A stretch of DNA of 64,000 bases. Origin: Candidatus Omnitrophota bacterium (GTDB lineage Bacteria; Omnitrophota; Omnitrophia; Omnitrophales; Aquincolibacteriaceae). The stretch covers positions 154,404 through 218,403 of the forward strand of contig JAUYMS010000048.1 in the NCBI GenBank assembly GCA_030698625.1, given 5' to 3'. How positions within the stretch are numbered: position 1 is the stretch's first letter; every line of letters begins with the position of its first letter. Under the pieces are notes generated by a model, which had not been told where the DNA came from, did no database searches, and saw only the letters and a program-made list of their open reading frames with translations. A program made the translations under genes and the position numbers. This document shows, piece after piece, positions 49,607 through 61,529 of this stretch.

Positions 49607-49954
49607 GTGAGCGTTGAAAGGCGTAAATTTAATCGTGTCCCCTTTGAAAAGCCCATTCGGGTAAAAGCGATTGGCGGTGCGCAGGGCTCACGATACGGTG
49701 ATGCTCTGGCCAGAGATATTTCCGAGGGCGGAATTCGCTTTTTCCATGATCATTTTATTGCGACAACCTCACGCGTGCTGCTTGAGATGACATTTCCGGA
49801 GGCTGACAAACCCGTGGTGGCTGTAGCTAAACCCGTTTGGGTTCGGGAGTTGTCAAATAGAAGCCAATTTGAAGTCGGTAATGCTTTTCTTGAGATTGCC
49901 GATGAAGATAAACAGGTCATTCGCAGCTTCGTGCAAAGAAAACGGATTCCGTGA
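49607..49954 (+). CDS. Single-domain PilZ protein
   Basis: RRKFNR (RxxxR) and DISEGG (D/NxSxxG) c-di-GMP motifs. Confidence 0.88.
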   Translation: MSVERRKFNRVPFEKPIRVKAIGGAQGSRYGDALARDISEGGIRFFHDHFIATTSRVLLEMTFPEADKPVVAVAKPVWVRELSNRSQFEVGNAFLEIADEDKQVIRSFVQRKRIP

Positions 49955-50772
49955 CGCGCACTCTTAAGATATTCGTTGCCCTGACGGGCATAATGTTTAT
50001 TGTTCTTGCCTATGCGGTGGCCAATTTCCCGCCCTCCGGTAAGATCCCGGTCCTTACCTATCATTTTATCGGAAGTGAACACGAAGCAGAAAAGCATAAG
50101 GATTACGTCAGCAAACGAAGCTTTTCTTGGCAAATGGCCTTCCTGGATTTTTTAAACTACCGCGTCATTTCTCTCGATGACCTTTATGCGATCAAGACAG
50201 CCAAGCGCAAACCCATGGGACGTGAGCTGGTCATCACCTTCGATAACGATGGCGGTAGTTTCGAGGAGACGGCCCTGCCCGTCCTGGAAAAATACACACA
50301 GCCCGTAGGCCTATTTGTTGTCAGTGAGAGTGTTAAGCGGGGGATTCACAACAACATGAGTCCGGAGACGTTGCGCGAATTGTATGACCGCGGTTGGATT
50401 ACGGTAGCCAGTCATAGTAAGACTCATCCGATCTTGGCCCGGATGACAGTCGAACAGATTGAGGAAGAACTTCACGGCTCTAAGGTAGACCTCGAGGCAC
50501 TCTTGGAACGACCCATTCGGTATTTGGCCTATCCGAACGGAGAACTGGACCAGCGTGTCATAGACATCGCAGCGAGCTCGGGATATCTGCTTTCATTTAC
50601 GGATTCTTACAAGGGGTTCAACGGTGACGTAGAAAGTCTTCATAATCTTCCGCGAGTCAGAATTACCCGCACAGCTGACAACCTATTTGTTTTCTGGGCA
50701 AAGGTTTCGGGAATTTACCAGTGGTTCAAGCGCTTGCGCTTTCAGCTCAAGGGAATACCTGCCAAAGTGTGA
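49951..50772 (+). CDS. Membrane-anchored polysaccharide deacetylase (CE4)
   Basis: PVLTYH, ITFDN, HSKTH, AYPNG, LPR; N-terminal TM. Confidence 0.85.
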   Translation: MTRTLKIFVALTGIMFIVLAYAVANFPPSGKIPVLTYHFIGSEHEAEKHKDYVSKRSFSWQMAFLDFLNYRVISLDDLYAIKTAKRKPMGRELVITFDNDGGSFEETALPVLEKYTQPVGLFVVSESVKRGIHNNMSPETLRELYDRGWITVASHSKTHPILARMTVEQIEEELHGSKVDLEALLERPIRYLAYPNGELDQRVIDIAASSGYLLSFTDSYKGFNGDVESLHNLPRVRITRTADNLFVFWAKVSGIYQWFKRLRFQLKGIPAKV

Positions 50773-50780
50773 TTAGCCCC

Positions 50781-50807
50781 GCAAGTTATTTGTTTTCAAC
50801 GACTTGC
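50781..50807. promoter_or_regulatory. Recurrent upstream motif, copy 3
   Basis: GC-AAGTTATTTGTTTTCAACGACTT-GC; right half resembles IHF WATCAANNNNTTR. Confidence 0.5.
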
Positions 50808-50822
50808 GCTAATTTTCCCTCA

Positions 50823-50851
50823 TTGACACCTTGAGACGAGGGTGCTAGTAT
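50823..50851 (+). promoter_or_regulatory. sigma70 promoter of the hldA-kdsB-pyrG operon
   Basis: TTGACA-N17-TAGTAT with extended TG. Confidence 0.72.
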
Positions 50852-50958
50852 ATAAAGGTTTTTTACATCCCACGAAAATCGCCTAACACTCCTAGAATGA
50901 AGCGGTTACGTGCATTATTTAAATCAATTCGAACTAGGAAGTCAGGGGAAGACTGTTT

Positions 50959-52004
50959 TTGAAAGCCTTGCAAGGCAGGCAACTTAAAGAACTTATCGAT
51001 CTTTTCCGTGATGCTCGAGTTCTGGTTATCGGAGATTTTATCCTGGATCAGTTCGTATGGGGAAGCGTACGCAGGATATCGCCCGAGGCACCGGTGCCGG
51101 TCGTTAAGGTTGAAAGAGATTCTTTTATGCCGGGAGGCAGTCTCAACGTCGCTAATAATATTCGCACTCTCGGAGGAACCGTCTATCCCTGTGGTGTTGT
51201 GGGGCGTGATCTGGAAGGGAGAATGCTGGTTAAGGCCATGCGCCGCGAAGGCATTGAAACTGGCGGGGTGATCTACGATTCTGACCGTCGCACTTCTCTG
51301 AAGACGCGTATTATTGCTCACTCACAGCAGGTTGTTCGGTACGATCGCGAGAACACCGATGACATCTCCAAGCAGGCTTGCCGTGAAATTCTTGAGTTCG
51401 TCAAAAGAAAAATCGACGTCGTGGATGTCATTGTCATAGAAGATTACGGAAAGGGGGTTGTGCAGCCCCTGCTTTTAAAGGAAGTCACTGCACTGGCGAA
51501 GCGGTTTTGCAAGCCGGTGCTTGTCGACCCTAAAGAAAAGCATTTTTCTTATTACACGGGAGTGACGGCGATTACACCGAACCGGCTTGAGGCATACGGC
51601 GTGTTTGAAAACGGAAACGCAAAAAGGCGTGAGAGCAGTATTGAGCAGGTTGGGCGCAGTTTGGTGCGGAAGCTCAAATGCCAGGCCCTTCTGATTACAC
51701 TGGGAGAAGACGGCATGGCCCTTTTTGAGAAAAATGGACAGATTACGAAAATTCCGACGGCTGCACGCGAAATTTTCGACGTGTCAGGAGCCGGTGATAC
51801 AGTGATGGCGGCCTTCAGCCTTTGTCTGGCGGCGGGCGCCAGTATGCAGGAAGCTGCGCGCGTTGCCAATGTTGCAGCAGGCATCGTTGTGGGCAAATTG
51901 GGGACGGCGACCGTGTCGCCCTCCGAGCTCAGAGCCGCACTGAAGAACGAGAGCGGAACGAGTTCGAGCTCGCGCAAAAAAATTCGCAAGATACCGGTGG
52001 TGGC

Positions 52005-52008
<4 letters not shown>
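50959..52008 (+). CDS. rfaE1: D-glycero-beta-D-manno-heptose-7-phosphate kinase (HldA/RfaE domain I)
   Basis: RISPEAPVPV, DYGKG, VDPK, TPN, DVSGAGDT, GKLGTA. Confidence 0.93.
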
Positions 52009-54417
<2,409 letters not shown>

Positions 54418-54424
54418 GCTGATT

Positions 54425-55267
54425 ATGTCATTTCAGGCTGTTAATGTGGATTCCGTTGTTTTCGGGGATCCTAAGTCTTTTGTCTTAATCGCGGGGCCTT
54501 GTGTTATAGAAAGCGAAGAAAATGCAGTTCGCCACGCCGAAAAGATTTCGGAGATTGCGCGCGAACTCAAAGTGCCTTATGTTTTTAAAGCCAGCTACGA
54601 TAAGGCAAACCGGACCTCAGCGAAGTCATTTCGCGGCGTCGGTATGGACAAAGGGCTGAAGATCCTGACGCGCATCAAGAAGGAGTTTAAGCTCCCGATT
54701 CTCAGCGATGTTCACTGCCGTGAACAGATAGGCCCTGCCAGCGAAGTTCTCGACATCATACAGATTCCCGCGTTTCTCTGCCGCCAGACAGATATGCTCC
54801 TGGAAGCCGGCCGCAGCGGTTGTGCGGTCAGCGTCAAGAAAGGACAATTCCTTTCTCCTTGGGATGCCAAAAACATTATTGAGAAACTGGAATCATCGGG
54901 ATGTAAGAAAATTATGCTGGCAGAGCGCGGCGTGAGTTTTGGCTATCAAAACTTGGTGAACGATTTCCGTGCGATTCCGATAATGCGCAGTTTCGGGTAT
55001 CCGGTTATCTACGATGCGACGCATTCGGTACAGCTTCCTGGCGGACAGGGGACCGCCTCAGGCGGTACAGCGGAATTTATTCCTACTTTGGCGCGCTGCG
55101 GAATTGTCGCAGGTGCCGATGCCATTTTTATGGAAGTTCACGAAAATCCGTCTGAAGCCCTTTCGGACGGGCCGAATAATCTCGCTTTGTCAAAGTTGAA
55201 GGGACTTCTGGAGTCACTAGTCCGTTTGAAGAACGCCATGGCGGTTACCGAGGAGGCTCTGGTATGA
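54425..55267 (+). CDS. kdsA: KDO8P synthase
   Basis: AGPCVIE, KAS.DKANRTS, QIPAFL.RQT, DATHSVQ. Confidence 0.96.
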   Translation: MSFQAVNVDSVVFGDPKSFVLIAGPCVIESEENAVRHAEKISEIARELKVPYVFKASYDKANRTSAKSFRGVGMDKGLKILTRIKKEFKLPILSDVHCREQIGPASEVLDIIQIPAFLCRQTDMLLEAGRSGCAVSVKKGQFLSPWDAKNIIEKLESSGCKKIMLAERGVSFGYQNLVNDFRAIPIMRSFGYPVIYDATHSVQLPGGQGTASGGTAEFIPTLARCGIVAGADAIFMEVHENPSEALSDGPNNLALSKLKGLLESLVRLKNAMAVTEEALV

Positions 55268-56232
55268 CGAGTTCTGTCATCCGGACGGCACGCCGTATCC
55301 TTATGATTGAGGCGCAGGCTATTCAAAGGCTGCAGCGTCGTATCGGTAAATCGTTTTTGGAGGCGGTTGATCTCATGGCTTCTTGTGAGGGGCGGGTAAT
55401 TCTCACCGGAATGGGGAAGCCGGGTTTTATCGCGCGAAAAATCGCCGCGACTTTAGCATCCACCGGAACGCCCAGTCTCTTTTTGCATCCGGCCGAAGCA
55501 ATTCACGGCGATGTCGGCATGGTGAAGGCACAGGACGTGCTGATTGCAATTTCAAACAGCGGTCAAACTGAAGAGATCGTCAAATTGTTGTCACCGATTA
55601 AAAAGCTTGGTGTGCCGCTCATTGCGCTGACGAGTAACCGTAAGTCGCCGCTGGCATGCAATGCCGATGTGGTGCTGGACTTAGGCGTTGATCGCGAAGC
55701 TTGTCCTCTCAACCTCGCGCCGTCAGCTTCAACGACTGCAGCCTTGGCGATGGGGGATGCGCTGGCTTTGTCTTTGTTGCGCAAGAGGGGTTTTCGGACT
55801 GAAGATTTCGCAGAGCTGCACCCGGGCGGCAGTTTAGGGCGTCAGCTTCTCAAGGTTAGGGATGTTATGCGGCGGGGTAAAGCCAACCCGAAGGTCGATA
55901 ATACGACTTCGGTGCGCCGGGCGCTGTTCGCGATTACAAGGGCGCGCGCCGGAAGCTGTAGTGTGGTCGATAAGCGCGGCAAACTAATAGGGATTTTTAC
56001 CGACGGAGATTTACGCCGCCATTTACGTAGGGATGGCATTGATATCCTGAAGAAACCGGTCTGGGACGTCGCGACTAGAAAGCCGCTGAGGATCGGTGAA
56101 GATAAGCTTGCTGCCGAGGCCCTTCATATGTTGAAGACCAAGAAGGTTGACGAATTGCCTGTTGTCGACGCCAAGGGGCGTGCGGTAGGTCTTCTCGATG
56201 TTCAAGATTTATTAAAGGCAGGCTTTGTTTGA
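55264..56232 (+). CDS. kdsD: Arabinose-5-phosphate isomerase (KpsF/GutQ, SIS+CBS)
   Basis: GMGK.G, EA.HGD, SNSG, HPGG.LG, TDGDLRR. Confidence 0.93.
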   Translation: MTSSVIRTARRILMIEAQAIQRLQRRIGKSFLEAVDLMASCEGRVILTGMGKPGFIARKIAATLASTGTPSLFLHPAEAIHGDVGMVKAQDVLIAISNSGQTEEIVKLLSPIKKLGVPLIALTSNRKSPLACNADVVLDLGVDREACPLNLAPSASTTAALAMGDALALSLLRKRGFRTEDFAELHPGGSLGRQLLKVRDVMRRGKANPKVDNTTSVRRALFAITRARAGSCSVVDKRGKLIGIFTDGDLRRHLRRDGIDILKKPVWDVATRKPLRIGEDKLAAEALHMLKTKKVDELPVVDAKGRAVGLLDVQDLLKAGFV

Positions 56233-56235
56233 TCT

Positions 56236-57174
56236 ATGGCTAAGAAAAAGCCATACCGATTTGTTTTGTATGCCCTTGTCCGTGCAGTTGCGGCGGTTAT
56301 CGGGCGGTTACCGCGGCGGTTTCTGCTGGCGCTTGCGGGGACTCTTGGGCAGTGGGGTTACTGGGGCATTAGCCGTCAAAGGGAGAGAACACTCCAGAAT
56401 CTGAGGCGAGCTTTTGGTGCGGAAAAGAGCGAAGCGGAGATTCGAACCCTTGCGAAGGGTGTCTTTGAAAATTTGGCGTTAACTATCGCGGAGATCATCC
56501 GGATTGGACGGCTTGATCCGCGGGAGTTGAAAGACTTTGTCGATGTGGGCGACGCCGAATCGGTTTACCGATCGGTTTTGAGCGAGGGGAAAGGACTTAT
56601 ATCCGTCACCGCACATATCGGCAATTGGGAGCTTTTGGCAGCGACATTTGGTTCGATGGGATTTCGCGGTGGTGTTCTTGCCCGCCGGATATATTACGAA
56701 CCCTACAACCGATGGATCGTGGGATTGCGGGCTCGCTTGGGTGTGCCGACGATTTACCGTGACCATGCTTCCAAGGAGATTCTTAGACGTCTTGGAAGCG
56801 GTGAGATTATCGGAATGTTGCCGGATCAAGACATTGCAAGTTTGAAGGGTGTCTTCGTGGATTTCTTTGGTATCCCGGCGTATACGCCGACTTCTCCGGT
56901 GAAATTGGCCCTGGCGAGCGGCGCCCCGATATTGACGAGCTTTTTAATCCGGGAGCCGGGCAACCGTTACCGGGTAATTGTCGGCGACATCATACGGCCT
57001 GACATTACGACGACACGCGAAGAAGCTGTCGCGCGTTTTACCGGGTATTGGATGGAAAGTTGCGAACGGATTATTCGCAGGTATCCCGAACAGTGGGCCT
57101 GGATGCATAACCGCTGGAAGACAAGGCCGCGTCGGTCGCGGACACGGGATTTTATTATGCAGGGCGCTTCTTAA
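56236..57174 (+). CDS. Lipid A late acyltransferase (LpxL/HtrB family)
   Basis: HIGNWE, DQD, PEQW.W.H.RWK. Confidence 0.88.
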   Translation: MAKKKPYRFVLYALVRAVAAVIGRLPRRFLLALAGTLGQWGYWGISRQRERTLQNLRRAFGAEKSEAEIRTLAKGVFENLALTIAEIIRIGRLDPRELKDFVDVGDAESVYRSVLSEGKGLISVTAHIGNWELLAATFGSMGFRGGVLARRIYYEPYNRWIVGLRARLGVPTIYRDHASKEILRRLGSGEIIGMLPDQDIASLKGVFVDFFGIPAYTPTSPVKLALASGAPILTSFLIREPGNRYRVIVGDIIRPDITTTREEAVARFTGYWMESCERIIRRYPEQWAWMHNRWKTRPRRSRTRDFIMQGAS

Positions 57175-57194
57175 ATGCGAAGGGATCAGTCTGA

Positions 57195-58079
57195 ATGATT
57201 CGTAAACTTATCGTGGCGTGTGTCGGATTTGTGGCGTTTTATATAGGCTTCGTGTGGCTGCAGGTTTTCGTCGCTAAAAAAGAGGCCGGTACCGTAAAGG
57301 TTGAGCAGAGTGTCGCCCGGGAGTCAACCCACAAAGTATTTCTCTTTCAATTCACCAAGTACACAACCGACGGAAAGAAGGAAATTGAGATTGAAGGAGA
57401 TTCTGCGGACATCTTCGCAAAAACCGTGGATTTGATGAATGTCGTAGCGAAAGCCTATGCGGAAGAGATGCCCGTCACGTTAACCTCTGACCGCGGAAAC
57501 TACGATAAGGGAGAGAACGTAGTCCATTTAACCGAAAACGTCGTGGTGACGACCGAGGACGGGGCGAGACTTTTGACCGAAAAGTTGGACATTGACCCGA
57601 CCGAGCACACTATGGAAACAGACGTTTCTGCCAAGGTGAAGAAGAACAATATTCACGTTGAGGGCATGGGCGCCCGCGGGGACTCTCAGCTTAAGAAAGT
57701 TAAATTTAAGAAAAATGTGACCGTTGTCGTCCAGGATGACAACCTCGAAGGTAATGAAACAACGGTAATTACTTGTGATGGGCCTCTGGTGATTGACTAT
57801 AAAAAGAATATCGCCCATTTTAAAGATAATGTGGTGGCCGAAGATTCCCGCGGCAAGCTTACGGCGGATACAATGGATGTTTACTACAACAAAGTGACGA
57901 GAAATGTTTCGAAAATCGTCGCGCTGGGAAATGTCATCATTGAAAATCCTGACGGCAACAAAACGTTCAGCGATAGTGCGATATACCTCGCCGATCAAGG
58001 CCGGATTATCCTTGGCGGAGATACCGAAGTTATCTACTTTGAAGGTGACGGGTCGGAAATAGGGGGAGAGGTTCTCTAA
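57195..58079 (+). CDS. lptC: LptC-like protein with C-terminal LptA/OstA-like domain
   Basis: N-terminal TM, beta-jellyroll-type repeats (NVV, L.T..L, GNV); directly upstream of lptB. Confidence 0.75.
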   Translation: MIRKLIVACVGFVAFYIGFVWLQVFVAKKEAGTVKVEQSVARESTHKVFLFQFTKYTTDGKKEIEIEGDSADIFAKTVDLMNVVAKAYAEEMPVTLTSDRGNYDKGENVVHLTENVVVTTEDGARLLTEKLDIDPTEHTMETDVSAKVKKNNIHVEGMGARGDSQLKKVKFKKNVTVVVQDDNLEGNETTVITCDGPLVIDYKKNIAHFKDNVVAEDSRGKLTADTMDVYYNKVTRNVSKIVALGNVIIENPDGNKTFSDSAIYLADQGRIILGGDTEVIYFEGDGSEIGGEVL

Positions 58080-58804
58080 TGTACTTGCTGGAGACCAAAA
58101 AACTCTCGAAGGCATACAAAGGGCGTAAGGTTGTGGACCATGTTTCGATCAATATTCAGCGCGGCGAGATCGTCGGTTTGCTGGGTCCGAACGGTGCCGG
58201 AAAGACGACGACGTTTTACATGGTTGTCGGAGTGATTCCGCCCGACACGGGAAAAATCGCATTTCGAGGAGAGGACATAACGGCGCGGCCCATGTATCAA
58301 CGGGCAAGGCTCGGTATGGGTTATCTGTCTCAGGAGCCGTCGGTCTTTAGAAAGCTTACGGTCGAAGAGAACATCATGGCGATCCTTGAGACGCTTGATA
58401 TCCCGCAGAGTGAGCGCAAGCGCCGCCTAGAACGGCTTCTCGACGAGTTGGATATCGCGTATCTTGCCAAGAATAAGGCCTATACGCTTTCAGGCGGGGA
58501 GAGGCGGCGTCTGGAGATTACCAGGGCATTGGTCACGAATCCGTCATTGATTCTACTCGATGAGCCGTTCAGCGGTGTCGACCCTATCGCAGTCTTTGAA
58601 GTGCAGAAAATTTTGCAGAAACTTAAAGATCAGGGGTTGAGCATTCTCCTGACGGATCATAGTGTCCGCGAAACGCTGGCGATCACTGACCGGTCGTATC
58701 TGCTCTATGAGGGGAAAATCGAGGTCTCCGGGACGTCTGAATTCTTAGCTTCGGACCGCAAAGCCCGAGAGTTGTATTTGGGTGAAAAATTTACATTGGC
58801 ATAA
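58079..58804 (+). CDS. lptB: LPS export ABC ATPase
   Basis: GPNGAGKTT, LSGGERRR.EI, LDEPF.G.DP, YLGE.F. Confidence 0.96.
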   Translation: MYLLETKKLSKAYKGRKVVDHVSINIQRGEIVGLLGPNGAGKTTTFYMVVGVIPPDTGKIAFRGEDITARPMYQRARLGMGYLSQEPSVFRKLTVEENIMAILETLDIPQSERKRRLERLLDELDIAYLAKNKAYTLSGGERRRLEITRALVTNPSLILLDEPFSGVDPIAVFEVQKILQKLKDQGLSILLTDHSVRETLAITDRSYLLYEGKIEVSGTSEFLASDRKARELYLGEKFTLA

Positions 58805-58823
58805 GGCCGGAAGGGTTAACGCC

Positions 58824-59381
58824 GTGGACATAAGAGTATCAGGCAAGAATTTAAACATCACAGCAGGCATGAGGGAACACCTGACTGGGCGTATAGAAAA
58901 ATTCGAGAAGTACGCACCGCGGCTGGTGGAAGCGCATGTCATCTTGAAAAAGGAGAAGCACTTGTTTCAGGCTGAGGTCACATTACTAGCTAAAAACTTC
59001 AGGGCCTACGGTGAGGGCCAGGAGAAGGAGAATATCTATACCGCTATGGATTTAGCCTGTCAGCGAGTCCAGAAGCAGTTAAAAAAGTTTCGTGAGAAGG
59101 TCAAAAATCACCACAAGAAGAGCCACGGGGAAAGCGCCGTGCCGCCGAAAGTCAAGATAGCGAGCGATCTGATGGCGGAGGGCTCTACCGGTGATGAGAA
59201 GCCTGCCATCGTGAAGCTTCCCGCGCATGCGCCGAAACCCATGTCGGCTGAGGAAGCGAGTTTACAACTTCAAATCATCAAAGAGCGTTTCCTGGTTTTC
59301 CTCAATGCGGAGACAAATCGGGTAAATGTCTTAGTTAAGCGCAAGGACGGCAATCACGGCCTGGTCGAACCCGATTTTTAG
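58824..59381 (+). CDS. hpf: Ribosome hibernation factor (long HPF)
   Basis: I..SG.N..IT, Y.A.D, QL.K..EK, KPM..EEA, F.VF.N, GL.E. Confidence 0.9.
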   Translation: MDIRVSGKNLNITAGMREHLTGRIEKFEKYAPRLVEAHVILKKEKHLFQAEVTLLAKNFRAYGEGQEKENIYTAMDLACQRVQKQLKKFREKVKNHHKKSHGESAVPPKVKIASDLMAEGSTGDEKPAIVKLPAHAPKPMSAEEASLQLQIIKERFLVFLNAETNRVNVLVKRKDGNHGLVEPDF

Positions 59382-59448
59382 TCCCAACTCAAAAACGCAA
59401 TTCCCAAAAATAGAATAGACAAGAATGATGTAAGGAGGCATCGAGAGC

Positions 59449-59913
59449 ATGAGAATAACTGAATTTCTTGACGAAAAGTCCATTAAATTGGACCTGGAAT
59501 CCACCGAGAAGGAAGATACCCTTAAGGAGTTGGTGGATGTTCTGGCTGAACAGAAAAACATCGGTGATCAAAAGGGCATTGTCGCTGCGCTTATTGAACG
59601 CGAAAGTCTGGGGTCCACTGGTATTGGTCAGGGCATCGCCATTCCACACGGGAAAACGGACAAGGTAAAAGACCTTGTGGCGGTTCTCGGCATAAGCCGC
59701 AAAGGGGTAAATTTCGAATCCCTTGACGGTGAGCTTGTTTACATCTTCTTCCTGTTGGTGGCGCCGAAGGAAAACGCAGGCCCCCACTTGAAGGCGCTCG
59801 CTCAAATATCGAGGCTTCTCAGGGATTCTTATTTCTGCGAGCTACTTAAGCGCTGCAAGAAGCCAGCGGAAGTCTTCGATCTTATTAAACGGGAAGAGGA
59901 CAAAAAGCATTAA
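59449..59913 (+). CDS. ptsN: PTS EIIA (Fru/Ntr type)
   Basis: RE.LGSTGIG.GIAIPHG, HL.ALA; AAGGAGG upstream. Confidence 0.88.
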   Translation: MRITEFLDEKSIKLDLESTEKEDTLKELVDVLAEQKNIGDQKGIVAALIERESLGSTGIGQGIAIPHGKTDKVKDLVAVLGISRKGVNFESLDGELVYIFFLLVAPKENAGPHLKALAQISRLLRDSYFCELLKRCKKPAEVFDLIKREEDKKH

Positions 59914-59962
59914 CTTTGCCGGCAGTTGTGTCTCGAAGACTTAGACATAGGAGTGGACTTTC

Positions 59963-61222
59963 ATGCAGTTCTTTAAATGGCTCTATCCGGGTTTGGGCAT
60001 CAAACGCTGGATCATTCTCTGCCTCGTTGGGTTGGGACTGATCGTTGGCGTGGCCTTCGCTGCGATTGGTTCGATCTCTGAATCGAGCGTCCTGTTGGCT
60101 TCTTTTGCGATTGCACTACTCATTTTCGGAGTCTTTCTTGTTTATACCGCGATCAAGAACATGGTGCGAATCTTTATTCGTGCCTTGATGCCCCCAGACC
60201 GTGATGAGCGGCTTGTCGATATCGTTTATCAGAAGAGGCAAAGCGAATCGCTGTCGCGTGGTCCGCGTATTGTGGCGCTCGGCGGAGGTACCGGGCTGAG
60301 TAATCTCCTGTCGGGCATTAAGCGTTACACGAGCAATATAACAGCTATTGTGACCGTGACTGATACTGGGGGAAGTTCCGGAAGACTCCGCGATGAAATG
60401 GATATGCTTCCTCCGGGCGACATCCGCAATTGTTTGGTGGCACTTGCGGACGCCGAACCCCTGATTCGTGAGCTTTTCCAATACCGCTTCGAAGTCGGCG
60501 AAGGGCTTAAAGGGCATAGTTTTGGGAACTTATTTATTACGGCTTTGTCGAAAGTTACCGGTGATTTTGAGAAAGCCATTGCAGAGTCGAGCCGGGTTTT
60601 GGCCATCCGCGGGCGTGTCATTCCATCGACTTTGTCGAAAGTCACGTTGCTCGGAGAATTTATGGATGGGGGCATTGTTGAAGGGGAGACGAATATTACG
60701 GATGCGGGAAAGCCTTTGAGAAACGTCCGGCTTAAGCCCGATGATTGCCGAGCGACTCCCGAAGCGCTTGACGCGATTGAGAATGCAGACCTCATTATCT
60801 TAGGGCCCGGCAGTTTATATACCAGCGTTCTCCCTAATGTTCTCATCCGAGACATCCATGACTCCGTGCTCGCATCAGATGCTTACAAGGTTAATATTCT
60901 AAATGTCATGACACAGCCGGGCGAGACCGACAATTATAGCGCCTGGGACCATCTCAAGGTTCTCATCGAGCATACGGATCCAAGGATTGTAGATGCTTGT
61001 ATTGTGAATGCGCAGGAGATACCCGCGGAATTGGTCGACAAGTATCGCGAAAAAGGGGCGATTCCCGTAAAGCTTGATCTCGATGTTATCCGGGAAAAGG
61101 GTTATGAGGTCATCGAGGGGAATCTTTTAAAAACGGAAGCTCAGATTCGCCATAATCCAGAAGCGTTATCGCGACTTATCTTCGAACATTACCTAAAGAT
61201 TGCCAAGTTGGCGCGGGTCTAG
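59963..61222 (+). CDS. yvcK: YvcK/GlmR (UPF0052) family protein with N-terminal TM segments
   Basis: GGGTG, D.GGSSG.LR, PGD.RN, GHSFGN, GPGSLYTS, TQPGET. Confidence 0.9.
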   Translation: MQFFKWLYPGLGIKRWIILCLVGLGLIVGVAFAAIGSISESSVLLASFAIALLIFGVFLVYTAIKNMVRIFIRALMPPDRDERLVDIVYQKRQSESLSRGPRIVALGGGTGLSNLLSGIKRYTSNITAIVTVTDTGGSSGRLRDEMDMLPPGDIRNCLVALADAEPLIRELFQYRFEVGEGLKGHSFGNLFITALSKVTGDFEKAIAESSRVLAIRGRVIPSTLSKVTLLGEFMDGGIVEGETNITDAGKPLRNVRLKPDDCRATPEALDAIENADLIILGPGSLYTSVLPNVLIRDIHDSVLASDAYKVNILNVMTQPGETDNYSAWDHLKVLIEHTDPRIVDACIVNAQEIPAELVDKYREKGAIPVKLDLDVIREKGYEVIEGNLLKTEAQIRHNPEALSRLIFEHYLKIAKLARV

Positions 61223-61227
61223 AGTCT

Positions 61228-61521
61228 ATGGATAACGCGAAAGTGCCGGAAGCACAGACTTCTGAAAAGGTGTTTACGATTAAGAATAGGCTGGGCCTTC
61301 ATGCGCGTCCGGCAGCGCTTTTTGTCCAGACGGCGAATCGCTTTCAGTGCGAAGTGGAAGTCTTTAAGGACGGTGAACGGGTAAACGGCAAGTCCATCAT
61401 GGGAATCATGACTCTGGCCGTGGGCATGGGGAACAGTATTACGGTCCGCACATTGGGTCCGGATGCGGCACAAGCCATCGAAGAGATCGGAAAACTAATC
61501 GAAGGTAATTTTGGAGAATAA
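61228..61521 (+). CDS. ptsH: Phosphocarrier protein HPr
   Basis: GLHARP (phospho-His), GKSIM (regulatory Ser). Confidence 0.94.
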   Translation: MDNAKVPEAQTSEKVFTIKNRLGLHARPAALFVQTANRFQCEVEVFKDGERVNGKSIMGIMTLAVGMGNSITVRTLGPDAAQAIEEIGKLIEGNFGE

Positions 61522-61529
61522 GACGGGGG

